A stretch of DNA of 64,000 nucleotides from Leptolyngbyaceae cyanobacterium (GCA_965263355.1 CBDHHL010000032.1:3264001-3328000), one strand, 5' to 3'. Counted from the stretch's first letter, positions 8,916 through 19,513 are shown. Notes: generated from the letters alone by a model not told the origin. Made by a program: numbers and translations.

Positions 8916-10067
8916 ATGGCAGACTCTCCTATTTATCTTGACTGTCATGCAACAACACCGGTTGATCAACGTGTTGTTACTGCTATGTTACCCTTTTTGA
9001 CAGAGCATTTTGGTAACCCCAGTAGCACGCATCAATATGGCTGGACAGTTGAAGCAGCTGTTAAAAAGAGTCGTGAGACCATTGCAGAAATCATTAATGC
9101 CCAGCCAGAAGAGATTGTTTTTGCCAGTGGTGCTACTGAGGCTAATAACCTGGCAATTAAAGGTGTAGCTGAAGCCTACTTTAACTATGGCAAACATATT
9201 ATTACGGTACAAACAGAACATAGTGCTGTATTAGATCCCTGTCGTTATTTAGAATCGCTAGGATTTGACGTCACCTATTTACCGGTAGAATCTGACGGTC
9301 TAGTCTCGTTAGAAACACTTAAAAAAGCAATGCGTTCAGAGACTATTTTGGTTTCTGTGATGGCGGCTAATAACGAAACTGGAGTATTACAGCCGATAAA
9401 AGAGATTGCTACACTGTGTCAGGAACGTGAAATTTTGTTCCATACGGATGCTGCTCAGGCGATTGGCAAGGTGCCTTTGGATGTGCAGGATATGAATATC
9501 CATTTAATGTCGATGACGGCCCATAAAGTTTATGGACCAAAAGGAATTGGGGCACTCTATGTGCGGCGACGACAGCCTCGGGTCAACTTAGCAGCTCAGC
9601 TTCATGGTGGTGGGCATGAACGTGGTATGCGTTCAGGCACTCTAGCTCCACCACAAATTGTTGGGTTTGCTACGGCACTTGAGCTAGCTACGGTAGAAAT
9701 AGGTTCAGAATATAGGCGGTTGAGTGGTTTGCGATCGCACCTCTTAACATATCTCAACCAACTACCCGATATCCATATCAATGGCCATCCCACTCAGCGC
9801 CTACCTGGTAATCTCAATGTCAGCTTTGGTGATGTCGATGGTCAGGCGTTACTGCTAGGGCTGAAACCAGTGGTAGCACTCTCCTCAGGGTCTGCTTGTA
9901 GTTCAGCCAGTACGGCTCCATCCCACGTTCTCAAAGCCCTTGGTCGTAGTGATCGGTTAGCCTATGCATCGTTGCGGTTTGGCTTGGGCCGCTTTACCAC
10001 CAAGCAGGACATTGATCGTGTGGGACAAGCTGTCGTTAAAACTGTAAAGATTCTACGAGCACTCTAA
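8916..10067 (+). CDS. iscS: Cysteine desulfurase (IscS/NifS class I)
   Basis: IYLDCHATTP, AHKVYGPKG (PLP Lys), SSGSACSS catalytic Cys. Confidence 0.93.
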   Translation: MADSPIYLDCHATTPVDQRVVTAMLPFLTEHFGNPSSTHQYGWTVEAAVKKSRETIAEIINAQPEEIVFASGATEANNLAIKGVAEAYFNYGKHIITVQTEHSAVLDPCRYLESLGFDVTYLPVESDGLVSLETLKKAMRSETILVSVMAANNETGVLQPIKEIATLCQEREILFHTDAAQAIGKVPLDVQDMNIHLMSMTAHKVYGPKGIGALYVRRRQPRVNLAAQLHGGGHERGMRSGTLAPPQIVGFATALELATVEIGSEYRRLSGLRSHLLTYLNQLPDIHINGHPTQRLPGNLNVSFGDVDGQALLLGLKPVVALSSGSACSSASTAPSHVLKALGRSDRLAYASLRFGLGRFTTKQDIDRVGQAVVKTVKILRAL

Positions 10068-10163
10068 TCCTTTGTGAAAAGGAATTAATGATATCAACTT
10101 AGCTTGATTAGCTGGGCATCTTGGGATAGTTAACTCGACATCATAAAGCGAGGGTGTATCACA

Positions 10164-10547
10164 ATGTCAAATACTGCTTTAAACACATGGACAGTGCGGG
10201 GAAAGTTAGCCACTGATGTAGTGGTTTCGACGATCGATATGGAGAATGACCAACCCACCAAGGTGGCAGATGCCACCTTGTATGTTCATAGTGCGCGAGG
10301 TCGCAATGAATCGTTTACGATGACTTTGAATATCTGGGAAGGATCAGCCGCTTGGAGAAGCTTACCGTTGTTAAAAAAAGGAGCACCGATTATCTGTATT
10401 GGTAGTGCTGAACCTAGCCCCTATATTTCGCAGGTAGATGGTATGCCTAAAGCTGGCTTAACGATGGATGTGATCGATATTGATGTGAAAAGCTGGCTTG
10501 ACGATAGGTACCCTAGTCAGCGACTTCGGTACAATATTGTTGCGTAA
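10164..10547 (+). CDS. Atypical single-stranded DNA-binding (OB-fold) protein
   Basis: SSB-like layout (N..TVRGKLATD; IWEG; LKKG..I...G); no acidic C-terminal tail. Confidence 0.55.
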   Translation: MSNTALNTWTVRGKLATDVVVSTIDMENDQPTKVADATLYVHSARGRNESFTMTLNIWEGSAAWRSLPLLKKGAPIICIGSAEPSPYISQVDGMPKAGLTMDVIDIDVKSWLDDRYPSQRLRYNIVA

Positions 10548-10570
10548 GACCCTCGGGCTTAGGGGTAAAA

Positions 10571-11140
10571 TTACTTGCCCATCTGTCGCTTCAGTTCTTC
10601 CAGTTCTGCTTCAGTTTCCCAACGTTGAAAGCTCTCTTCCAGGGGGTCTAAGGGTTTGGCTTGGTAAGGGCTACGATTCCAGCCAGTGGTACTGGAGTCT
10701 TTAGGGGGAGACGACTGTGCTGCGGTTTGGGCAGTGGCGATTTTTGTTTTGAGTTCTTGGCGTTTAGCGTGGATCTGCTGTTGTAAGGTTTGGGTTTCAG
10801 CTAACCGTGCCTTGATGCTTTTCATCTGACCCCACAGGTGATTCCCTTGACGCAGCAGTGTGGCTTCTCGTTCTTTAGCCGGTGTGACCAAATCAAACCG
10901 CTGGGCAGCTTCTGCTTTGGCAATTCGCTCATGCCAGCGTTTGATATCTTTGACTGTATCGAGCACCGCTGTTTCTAACTCAGCCTCACGCCGTTTAAGG
11001 GTAGCCAAGGTAGCGATCGAATCTTCCTCTTGCCCTCGAAGTTGCTCTTCAAGCGCTATCATCTCCAAGTGGGGATGAGCTTTTAGAAATTCATCTAAGC
11101 GAGTTTCTAAAAAACGGCTGAAATCATCAAATATGCTCAT
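10571..11140 (-). CDS. TIGR04376-like coiled-coil protein (PspA/IM30-related)
   Basis: MSIFDDFSRFLETRLDEFL N-terminus, coiled coil, WETEAELEELKRQMG end. Confidence 0.8.
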   Translation of the reverse strand: MSIFDDFSRFLETRLDEFLKAHPHLEMIALEEQLRGQEEDSIATLATLKRREAELETAVLDTVKDIKRWHERIAKAEAAQRFDLVTPAKEREATLLRQGNHLWGQMKSIKARLAETQTLQQQIHAKRQELKTKIATAQTAAQSSPPKDSSTTGWNRSPYQAKPLDPLEESFQRWETEAELEELKRQMGK

Positions 11141-11201
11141 TTATTACTATGTCAACCCCATGCAGCCACAGATCAAGCAAACCGTTCTTAACATAGTGCA
11201 C

Positions 11202-12284
11202 TTAAAACTGTTGCCCAATATAAATTGAGCGAACTTCACCATTACGTCGTACTACGACCTCTTCGTTGTTAATTGAAACAATACTCCAGCCACTTCCCCC
11301 GATGGTTTCACCAATGTAAACCCGCTGTGATGAGCCATTAACTTCAAAGAGGGCAGCAGAGCGATCGCCCAGTTCTAATACACCGACTAGCTCATAGCTA
11401 TTGTTGGTGGCAATATTGGGGATCGGCTCATTGGTATTGGTTTCGCTAGAGGGGGCTATTGCCGTATTAGGAGCGGGTAAAGTAGGTGGCAGAGTAACAA
11501 CGTTAGGTACAGCGTTGTTAGGGATGGCGTTGGGCGTAGCGCTGGGCGGCACAGTATTAGTATTAGGGCGTCGGTTTTGATTAGCGCCTGAACCAGGCTG
11601 TAACAGGGGAACAAATACACGCTCGATCACATTATTCGAGCGTTGTCCGGATGCTTGGCTATTAGCAGGCTGAGACGGGGCTGATGCAACTGCACCCGGT
11701 GTTTGTGTTTCGACCTGCGCACTACGCTCACCGCTAATCACCCGTAATGAACGCTTGAGATATTCACCAAAGGCTGCATCATCCGGTAGTGTGGACGATG
11801 CGGGCGGTGGAGTCGTTGATACAGCTGAGGGCTTAACTAAGGGAAAGGTAGGCTGTTGCCGCAACCACCAAATGCCTACGGCTGCGATCGCTGATAATCC
11901 TAATGCACTCAGCATAAAATTCCGCCAGTGCCGCTTATGGCCAGATTTATTAGGTGATTGGTTGGCTGTATCAGTCTTGGTGTCACCTAATTGTGTTTCT
12001 GTCAGAGGTGCCTGTGCGTCGGCATCTACCGCTGGCTGGGCGAAGACTGGCACAATCATTGCTGGCACAGTTACTGGCTCAGAGCGCAAGTCAGACTGTG
12101 GTTCCTGCGCTGGTTCGATAGGGTCGGCGTAAATGGCAGTTGCGTCACCCGCTAAGATACGATCAACATCGTCAAAAATTTCATCCATCAAATCTTCTGC
12201 ATAGGCTTCGACCAAAGTGTCAGCTTCTTGGGAAGTGCCTGCAGGGGCAGTTGCCATGGCATTGGACTGTCTAGATTGGCTCAT
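11202..12284 (-). CDS. Bitopic membrane protein with C-terminal T2SS GspC/PilP-like beta domain
   Basis: Acidic N-terminus, one TM, Pro-rich linker, LVGVLELGDRSAALF...GETIG..GW domain. Confidence 0.6.
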   Translation of the reverse strand: MSQSRQSNAMATAPAGTSQEADTLVEAYAEDLMDEIFDDVDRILAGDATAIYADPIEPAQEPQSDLRSEPVTVPAMIVPVFAQPAVDADAQAPLTETQLGDTKTDTANQSPNKSGHKRHWRNFMLSALGLSAIAAVGIWWLRQQPTFPLVKPSAVSTTPPPASSTLPDDAAFGEYLKRSLRVISGERSAQVETQTPGAVASAPSQPANSQASGQRSNNVIERVFVPLLQPGSGANQNRRPNTNTVPPSATPNAIPNNAVPNVVTLPPTLPAPNTAIAPSSETNTNEPIPNIATNNSYELVGVLELGDRSAALFEVNGSSQRVYIGETIGGSGWSIVSINNEEVVVRRNGEVRSIYIGQQF

Positions 12285-12547
12285 AACTTGACATGTACGA
12301 TTTGATAGTAGTGACTGTGGTCGAACTCACAATAGCCGATAATCTATAGGCAAGATGCCTAGAAAGTTAGCAGAGTATACAGCAAACCGAAAGGAAAATT
12401 TCAATCTTTCAGAAAATATGCTGCCAAAACTAGTTTGATAAGAAAGCTGAAAGCTTTTTAAGTCAAACTTTTAGCGATTTTTGGGGATGACAATACGAGA
12501 GTTACAGCTATATTAATTTTTACAGCGCTAGTCTAGCTTTACTTAGC

Positions 12548-12582
12548 AAAAAAAATACTGCATCAAAGCCATGATGCAGTAT
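12548..12582 (-). terminator. Rho-independent terminator
   Basis: ATACTGCATCA/TGATGCAGTAT 11-bp stem; A-run on + gives U-tail on -; just past the stop at 12602. Confidence 0.75.
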
Positions 12583-12601
12583 CCCTTGTTCAAAAGTGTA
12601 A

Positions 12602-13906
12602 TTAGCACCTAGCTAAGGTGTGGGAAATGTCAAGGTGCCCGAAAGTTAGACTCAGGGCGAGGTTAAGGGTTTCCAATATTTTTACTAACCAACCCACAGA
12701 GTCTTGCTTTGCCAATTCGTAATGATTAAACAATGTGGATAATCGACGCTCTAAATACGGTTTTACCTTGCTACATAAAAGCAAAATCCTGAGGAGAAGG
12801 CCTGTGGTCAGTGTTGCGCCCAGGTTATTGATCAGGTCGATAAACACAAAGTGAGAGTGGGAACCTGCTGGATCAACGACTAGAAAGTTAAACAAATTCG
12901 AACATGTGCGGACTAATAGAAAGTCATTAAGCCGCTGATCGTCATTCTCAGGATAAATATCCTGTAGATTTTGATACAAAGCATCGTTAAAATGCTGACG
13001 ACCATAGGCCGGGTCAACACCCGATACCAGGTATTCATATAGGTCGTCTTTAAATGACTTAAACGTAACGGACTCACAACACTGGTTACGGAATCGTAGG
13101 GCTAAATCCCGATAAGTCCTGCCGTTGGCATCCTTGCCAGAAAACTGCTGAAGGGAATCAACAAGTTCGCGATCGCTCAATAATGTGGGGTTTTTAGAGG
13201 GCCGTAACCACTGCCCCTGTTTATCAAGCAGGCCTTCCCGCTTTAATCGAGACCGCCGTACTCGATAGTTGACGTATTGCGATAAATCCAGCTCCATCTT
13301 TTTTTGTGCCTGGTGCCGCATACGACGGACATGGGTTTTTTGCTCTTTGGGGCTCTCTTCACTGAGTAAACAATGCTCGTATAAGTAAGGATAGCGACCA
13401 ATCAGAGTCCCTAAAGGCTGGCGAGACCGTAGCCCAGGCTCGTCATTTCCCTCCATTGCCTGAACCAGGCGCTTGAGCATAACGTACTGCTCAGTTTTTC
13501 TAAACTGAGAAACGATGTCTCGTAAACGCCGAACAGAGCGGGCCCGAGACACTTCTCGAACAGCTTGGCTAGGAATGTAGTCAAACAGAGTTACCAGCTC
13601 AGCAATGGCCGGTTGATATTCACGGTTTTTTTGCCATCGATTGATTAGGATATGGCAGCAGCGATTCAGAATATGGTGAAAGTACATCTCAGCATGGGAG
13701 TCCAGAAGAATCTTATCGAGACTGCTAACAACCTGACGATCACAATAGCCAGTACCATCAATGAACAGCGTATTGAAGCGATCAATTAAGACATCAGGCT
13801 GCTCCAAATTGACACAGCCTAACCAATGGTCATAAAGTACCTGTTCTTGTGGACTAACTAATCGCGCACCGTAATTAGATTGCGAATAGCTTGATTGAAC
13901 GTTCAC
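12602..13906 (-). CDS. Hypothetical protein (helical, cyanobacterial-type)
   Basis: 434-aa ORF, GTG start with GAGG upstream, followed by a terminator; no motif recognised. Confidence 0.8.
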   Translation of the reverse strand: MNVQSSYSQSNYGARLVSPQEQVLYDHWLGCVNLEQPDVLIDRFNTLFIDGTGYCDRQVVSSLDKILLDSHAEMYFHHILNRCCHILINRWQKNREYQPAIAELVTLFDYIPSQAVREVSRARSVRRLRDIVSQFRKTEQYVMLKRLVQAMEGNDEPGLRSRQPLGTLIGRYPYLYEHCLLSEESPKEQKTHVRRMRHQAQKKMELDLSQYVNYRVRRSRLKREGLLDKQGQWLRPSKNPTLLSDRELVDSLQQFSGKDANGRTYRDLALRFRNQCCESVTFKSFKDDLYEYLVSGVDPAYGRQHFNDALYQNLQDIYPENDDQRLNDFLLVRTCSNLFNFLVVDPAGSHSHFVFIDLINNLGATLTTGLLLRILLLCSKVKPYLERRLSTLFNHYELAKQDSVGWLVKILETLNLALSLTFGHLDISHTLARC

Positions 13907-14418
13907 CAGTGAAACCTCAGCAAATACACCTACGTAGACAAAATCAATACAGGGAAAAACTTACGGCGACCAAAACTATTGTCAAACTGCTTCAAGTCTA
14001 ACTGCTTATGATGGCCTGAGACAGCATGAAAGTTTACAAAAAACCTTGAAAATTACTGAAGGGAGAGCAAACTAACTATGTAAGCGGATAAAGCAGTTGG
14101 AGTTGTCAGAGGTTCAACTAAAACAACAACAGCCAAACAAAAGTAAACATTGGTAGACACTAGTGATGGGCCTACGCAAGCCGAGATTAACACCTTCCTC
14201 CATTTCTAATAGTGCTTTGGTACACACTTAGTATTTCGGTACACACTTGGCTTACGCTTCATATAGTTTAGCCTATGGGGATTTTCAGATAGGCTGCGTC
14301 TAACCTAAGCTCTGCTAAAGCTTCTGTAAACTTACTGACATTGCTTCATTAAGCCTATATGTAGTGCAGGTGCTACCTCTGATGGTTCTGTCTTGCTTGA
14401 TTTACTTAAAACTTTGTT

Positions 14419-15768
14419 ATGTCTAGCTTTGCTCTTATTTATCAGGTTTTAGAGGCCCTTGGTGATCAAGTTGTAGGGCATACCCTCAATGCCAATTATT
14501 TGGAGCAAGTAGTTGGTCACATTAGTACAGATACTCGCACAATCGAGACCCATGATTTATTTTTGGCGCTAGAGGGTGAGCGCTTTGATGGTCATAGATT
14601 TGTGGAGCAGGCGATGGCCACGGGTGCGATCGCAGCGATTACTCGCCAAGGGGTCATCACTGCTGATGTGCCGCGCATTGAGGTTAACGATACCCTGGTG
14701 GCCTATCAGACCATCGGTCGCTGGTGGCGACAGCAATTGGGGTTACCCGTGGTGGCGATCACGGGTTCGGTCGGCAAGACAACCACTAAGGAGCTGATAT
14801 CGGCAGCCTTAACCTGCCATGGTTCTGTTCATAAGACTCGTGCCAACTTCAATAACGAAATTGGTGTGCCTAAGACCCTGCTCGAAATGACGGTTGACCA
14901 TGATTATGGTGTGGTCGAAATGGGGATGCGGGGGCCCGGAGAAATTGCATTGCTAGCGCAGATAGCACAACCCAATGTGGCAGTGATTACTAATGTCGGT
15001 ACGGCCCACATTGGTCGGTTGGGCTCTGAGCAAGCGATTGCTGATGCTAAATGTGAGCTGTTGGCAAATATGTCGATTGAGGGGACTGCTGTACTCAATT
15101 ACGATAATCATCGGTTGATGGATACAGCTGCGCGGGTATGGTCAGGTAAAACGATTACCTATGGACTCACTGGTGGGGATGTGCGGGGTCAGTTTCAGGG
15201 GGAAACCATGGTCGTGGATAATGTGCTGCTGCCATTGCCGTTAGAGGGTGAACACAATGCCTTGAACTATTTGAGTGCGATCGCGACACTCCAGGCCTTA
15301 AAGCTTGATTGGCAAATGTTGAGTCATGGCTTGACCGTTGATATGCCGACTGGGCGGGCTCAGCGGTATGACCTGGCGAACGATATCGTTCTACTGGATG
15401 AAACCTATAATGCTGGAGCGGAGTCCATGGTAGCTGCCCTCAGGTTACTTAAACATCAACCAGGTCAGCGCCATATCGCTGTGTTAGGCACCATGAAAGA
15501 GCTAGGGCACAAGTCTTTAGAACTGCATCAGATGATAGGAGAAACGGTCCAAGCCTTAGGAATCGATCACCTATTTATTTTGGCGGATCCGGCGGAAGCG
15601 GCAGCCATGGCATTGGGAGCTGGCAAGGTACCCTCCAAAAAATTTGTTAGCCATGGGGCTTTAGTGCAGCATCTCCAGCAATTTATTCAGCCAGGGGACC
15701 GATTACTGTTCAAAGCATCGCGCTCGGTTGCAATGGATCAAGTGGTGCAGCCCTTACGCTCGTCCTAG
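14419..15768 (+). CDS. murF: UDP-N-acetylmuramoyl-tripeptide--D-Ala-D-Ala ligase
   Basis: STDTR, GERFDGH, ITGSVGKTTTKE, NNEIGVP, DETYNA, KASR motifs. Confidence 0.96.
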   Translation: MSSFALIYQVLEALGDQVVGHTLNANYLEQVVGHISTDTRTIETHDLFLALEGERFDGHRFVEQAMATGAIAAITRQGVITADVPRIEVNDTLVAYQTIGRWWRQQLGLPVVAITGSVGKTTTKELISAALTCHGSVHKTRANFNNEIGVPKTLLEMTVDHDYGVVEMGMRGPGEIALLAQIAQPNVAVITNVGTAHIGRLGSEQAIADAKCELLANMSIEGTAVLNYDNHRLMDTAARVWSGKTITYGLTGGDVRGQFQGETMVVDNVLLPLPLEGEHNALNYLSAIATLQALKLDWQMLSHGLTVDMPTGRAQRYDLANDIVLLDETYNAGAESMVAALRLLKHQPGQRHIAVLGTMKELGHKSLELHQMIGETVQALGIDHLFILADPAEAAAMALGAGKVPSKKFVSHGALVQHLQQFIQPGDRLLFKASRSVAMDQVVQPLRSS

Positions 15769-15912
15769 AACACCTCCATTGCCTGCTGGTCAGCAAAGCC
15801 CAGCAGACGCCTATTTCTGCTGCGGAAAACTTTGGTTTAACTTGAACCTTAGTTAAGCGTCACAGAATCTGCTCTACAATAAAAAGCCTGACACTTTTTA
15901 TACAGTCTGGTT

Positions 15913-16425
15913 GTGGCTCTGACCCTCACACAAGAGCATATTGAACGCATGCAATCTCATGTAGAGCAGGTATATCCCCATGAGGGCTGTGGTTTGCTTG
16001 TGGGGACATTTGACGCTGAGACCGACGCAAAAAGGTTGGTTGATGTAGCGCTATTAGATAATGCGTGGGCCCCTGATGTTGCCATCGAGTGGGGGAATCA
16101 GAAATCCTCGACGACTCTGACAAAAGCACGACGCTATTGGATTGATCCCAAAGATTTGTTGGAGACCCAGCGTCAGGCTAGGGAAAATGGCTTGACCATT
16201 ATTGGGGTGTTTCATTCTCACCCTGATGCTGAGGCGGTACCCTCGGGGTGCGATCGCGATCTAGCCTGGCCTGACTATGCTTACATCATTATGTCTGTGC
16301 ATCACGGCAAAGTCGTCGACCTTAAAAACTGGAAGTTAGATAGCAACCATCAATTTCAACCAGAGCCCCTAAAAATTGTCCCAGCTTCTGCGGCCAAGGA
16401 TCGAATGCCGCTCTTGTCGTCCTGA
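15913..16425 (+). CDS. M67/JAB (Mov34/MPN+) metallopeptidase, Mec-like
   Basis: YPHEGCG and HSHPDAEAVPSGCD (JAMM motif). Confidence 0.9.
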   Translation: MALTLTQEHIERMQSHVEQVYPHEGCGLLVGTFDAETDAKRLVDVALLDNAWAPDVAIEWGNQKSSTTLTKARRYWIDPKDLLETQRQARENGLTIIGVFHSHPDAEAVPSGCDRDLAWPDYAYIIMSVHHGKVVDLKNWKLDSNHQFQPEPLKIVPASAAKDRMPLLSS

Positions 16426-16493
16426 AATAAAAAACAACACTATCCTGCAGTGTTGCCCAGACTCTTCCAATCCTTTTTTGCTCTCAAGGAACC

Positions 16494-17669
16494 ATGCTGA
16501 ATCCAAATTTGGATGACATCCAACTCACGAAAGAAGACTATGAACGCTACTCACGGCATTTGATTCTGCCCGAAGTTGGCGTTGATGGTCAGAAACGACT
16601 TAAGGCTGCCAGTGTACTGTGTATCGGTACCGGTGGTCTTGGTTCTCCCTTAATTCTGTACCTAGCAGCTGCTGGTATTGGTCGTATCGGTCTCGTTGAT
16701 TTTGACGTGGTTGACTATTCGAACCTACAGCGTCAAATTATTCACGGTACTTCCTGGGTCAACAAGCCTAAAATTGAGTCTGCCAAAACTCGTATCCTCG
16801 AAATCAACCCCCATTGTCAGGTCGATTTATTTAATACGCGTCTTAGTTCTGACAATGCCCTCGAAATTTTTGAGCCCTATGACATTGTGGTAGACGGTAC
16901 CGACAACTTTCCAACCCGTTACTTGGTTAATGATGCCTGTGTGCTGCTCAACAAACCCAACGTCTACGGGTCTATTTTTCGGTTTGAAGGTCAGGCAACT
17001 GTCTTTAACTATGAGGATGGTCCCAATTACCGCGATCTCTATCCTGAGCCCCCACCGCCGGGGCTGGTTCCTTCCTGTGCGGAAGGAGGAGTTCTGGGCA
17101 TTCTCCCTGGCATTATTGGTGTAATTCAGGCGACTGAAACTATCAAAATCGTTTTAGGCGAAGGCACTACCTTGAGTGGTCGGTTATTGTTGTACAACTC
17201 CCTTGATATGACATTCCGGGAGCTAAAGCTACGGCCTAATCCAGTACGTCCTGTGATCGAACAATTAATCGATTACGAACAGTTCTGTGGTATTCCTGAT
17301 GCCCAAGCAGCTGAAGCCGAGCAAAAGGCTGCTATTGCCGAAATGAGTGTTCTTGATCTCAAAGCTTTACTTGACAGTGGCAGCGACGACTATGTTCTGC
17401 TGGATGTCCGTAATCCCAATGAGTACGAGATCGCTAAAATTCCTGGCTCAGTCCTGATTCCACTGCCAGAAATTGAAAATGGTGCTGGCATTGAAAAGGT
17501 GCGTGAGCTGGTTAATGGTCATAAACTGATTGCCCACTGTAAGATGGGTGGGCGTTCTGCTAAGGCGCTTGCCATTCTCAAGGAAGCAGCAGGCATTGAA
17601 GGTACCAATGTTATCGGTGGTATCCTGGCCTGGAGCCGTGAGGTCGATCCATCAGTGCCTCAGTATTAA
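16494..17669 (+). CDS. moeB: Molybdopterin-synthase adenylyltransferase MoeB/MoeZ (E1-like + rhodanese)
   Basis: ERYSRH, GTGGLGSP, SNLQRQ, PSCAEGGVLG; rhodanese HCKMGGRS. Confidence 0.95.
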   Translation: MLNPNLDDIQLTKEDYERYSRHLILPEVGVDGQKRLKAASVLCIGTGGLGSPLILYLAAAGIGRIGLVDFDVVDYSNLQRQIIHGTSWVNKPKIESAKTRILEINPHCQVDLFNTRLSSDNALEIFEPYDIVVDGTDNFPTRYLVNDACVLLNKPNVYGSIFRFEGQATVFNYEDGPNYRDLYPEPPPPGLVPSCAEGGVLGILPGIIGVIQATETIKIVLGEGTTLSGRLLLYNSLDMTFRELKLRPNPVRPVIEQLIDYEQFCGIPDAQAAEAEQKAAIAEMSVLDLKALLDSGSDDYVLLDVRNPNEYEIAKIPGSVLIPLPEIENGAGIEKVRELVNGHKLIAHCKMGGRSAKALAILKEAAGIEGTNVIGGILAWSREVDPSVPQY

Positions 17670-17682
17670 GACCCCTGACCCT

Positions 17683-17711
17683 AAAGCCCTCTCCCCAGGG
17701 AGAGGGGCTTT
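17683..17711. repeat. Short palindromic element (terminator-like / dispersed repeat)
   Basis: AAAGCCCTCTCCC-CA-GGGAGAGGGGCTTT inverted repeat directly after moeB. Confidence 0.6.
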
Positions 17712-17753
17712 GATGTTTTGTGTACAGATGTTGCATGCAATGTCTTTTTAACT

Positions 17754-18215
17754 ATGTCTCTCAAAGACCGCATCAGTGACGAGATTAAAGCCGCGATGAA
17801 AGCCCGCGATAAGGTGCGTTTAGAAACCGTTCGCAGCATTAAAAAAGTTATCCTCGAAAAAGAAACAGAAGTGCGTCCCAAAGGCCAGGATGCATTGACA
17901 CCCGATCAAGAAATCGAAGTAATTACTCAGTTAGCTAAACAGCGTAAAGACTCCATTGAGCAGTATAAAAATGCAGGTCGCGATGATTTAGCTGAAAAAG
18001 AAGCTCAAGAATTGGCGATTTTGCAAGAATATTTACCTGAGCAAATGTCCGATGATGAAATAGAGGCTGTGATTGATGAGTTAATTGCCAAAACTGGAGC
18101 TAATGGACCCCGCGATATGGGTAAAGTTATGGGGCCTGCCATGAAACAGATGAAAGGTAAGGCTGATGGTGGAAAAGTTCAGGCGTTAGTTAAAGCAAAG
18201 TTAGCGGGTAGTTGA
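17754..18215 (+). CDS. GatB/YqeY domain protein
   Basis: MSLKDRI..EIKAAMKARDK; KQRKDSIEQY; YLPEQMS; DMGKVMG. Confidence 0.93.
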   Translation: MSLKDRISDEIKAAMKARDKVRLETVRSIKKVILEKETEVRPKGQDALTPDQEIEVITQLAKQRKDSIEQYKNAGRDDLAEKEAQELAILQEYLPEQMSDDEIEAVIDELIAKTGANGPRDMGKVMGPAMKQMKGKADGGKVQALVKAKLAGS

Positions 18216-18311
18216 TATTGAAAATGTTTTGAAGCCTGACTTTTTCCTTCAGTCGACTTCAGAAAATGAGCATGAATTTTGAACAGACAGCGAAAAATTC
18301 AATAGATTATG

Positions 18312-18346
18312 GGTGCACATCAATCGTTGATGTGCACCACTTTTTT
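18312..18346. terminator. Terminator between convergent yqeY and desB
   Basis: GGTGCACATCAA-TCG-TTGATGTGCACC 12-bp stem followed by a T-run. Confidence 0.75.
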
Positions 18347-18372
18347 GGTCAAAGTCTCACAATAGTTTTAAA

Positions 18373-19422
18373 TTATCGTCGAGATTGATAATACACTTTT
18401 TGGCCTTTATTGGGTACAAAGATGCACTCATGAGATGATCGCCAGAGGCTATGCCAGATAGAGCCTGTAGCCTCACGATAATAATCTCCTAGGATAGGTT
18501 TGATGGCCTTAGTTGCATCTTTGAGATAGTAGTGGGGCATGTTCAAAAAGATATGGTGAGCCACATGGGTACCAATGTTGTGATGAATATTGTTGAACAC
18601 TCCATAGTTACGGTCAATTGTTGACAGTGCTCCCTTAAGAAAGTACCAGCTATCATTGCGATACCAGGGTATATCAGGCTCAGTGTGGTGTAGAAACGTC
18701 ACTAAATCTAGCCAAATTATAAATACTAGATAAGGCATGACATAGAACTTAATCAAAAAGACCAACCCAAACTGTAATCCAAGCCAACCCAAAAAAACAA
18801 CAAAGCAGGACCATAGTGTAGTACTGGTGATCACATCCCACTTCTCGGAGGGACGAAATAAATCGCTGTCGGGCATAAAGTGAGAGCCTTTACGACCAGG
18901 AGAGCGATAAAACAAATAGAGGGGATAAGCCAATAAAAACAGATTAAACCGCACAAATCTGCCAAGAGCGGTCATAGAATTGTACTTCTCCTCGGACATA
19001 GGATACCAGCTCTCGTCGGTATCAATATTGCCTGTATTGGCATGGTGAGTACGGTGGCTAATACGCCAGCCGTGAAACGGTACTAAAAGAGGGATATGGC
19101 TGAGGTGTCCAATGAGATTATTTAGCCATTTGTGCTTAGAAAAGGAGCCATGGCCACAGTCATGGCCAACAACAAACAAGGCCCAGAACATGGTGCCTTG
19201 CATTAGCCAAAAGAGAGGAAAAAATAGCCAAGAATTGAGGCTATGAGCTATGCCATACAGACCAGCAATAATTCCAATGTCGAAGCAAAAGTAAGCTAAG
19301 GAGCGACTTGTGGAGGGTTCAAAACAGTAATCTGGAATCGCATCCTTGAGATCTTTCAGGGTAAATGGAAGCTCGCGCTTAGAGATGTCTGAAGACCTAG
19401 TTGGGCAGGTGGTTAATTGCAC
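18373..19422 (-). CDS. desB: Omega-3 (delta-15) acyl-lipid desaturase
   Basis: His boxes HDCGH, HRTHH, HVAHH; QGTMFWALFVVG and NNIHHNIGTH typical of omega-3 desaturases. Confidence 0.92.
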   Translation of the reverse strand: MQLTTCPTRSSDISKRELPFTLKDLKDAIPDYCFEPSTSRSLAYFCFDIGIIAGLYGIAHSLNSWLFFPLFWLMQGTMFWALFVVGHDCGHGSFSKHKWLNNLIGHLSHIPLLVPFHGWRISHRTHHANTGNIDTDESWYPMSEEKYNSMTALGRFVRFNLFLLAYPLYLFYRSPGRKGSHFMPDSDLFRPSEKWDVITSTTLWSCFVVFLGWLGLQFGLVFLIKFYVMPYLVFIIWLDLVTFLHHTEPDIPWYRNDSWYFLKGALSTIDRNYGVFNNIHHNIGTHVAHHIFLNMPHYYLKDATKAIKPILGDYYREATGSIWHSLWRSSHECIFVPNKGQKVYYQSRR

Positions 19423-19513
19423 TTAATACCTATGTTTGACGTCTAAAATCAAACTTTTCAGCCGGACACAGTGTAGACTTGCATATTTAGCCTGCATCAA
19501 ACCTTAAAGATGA

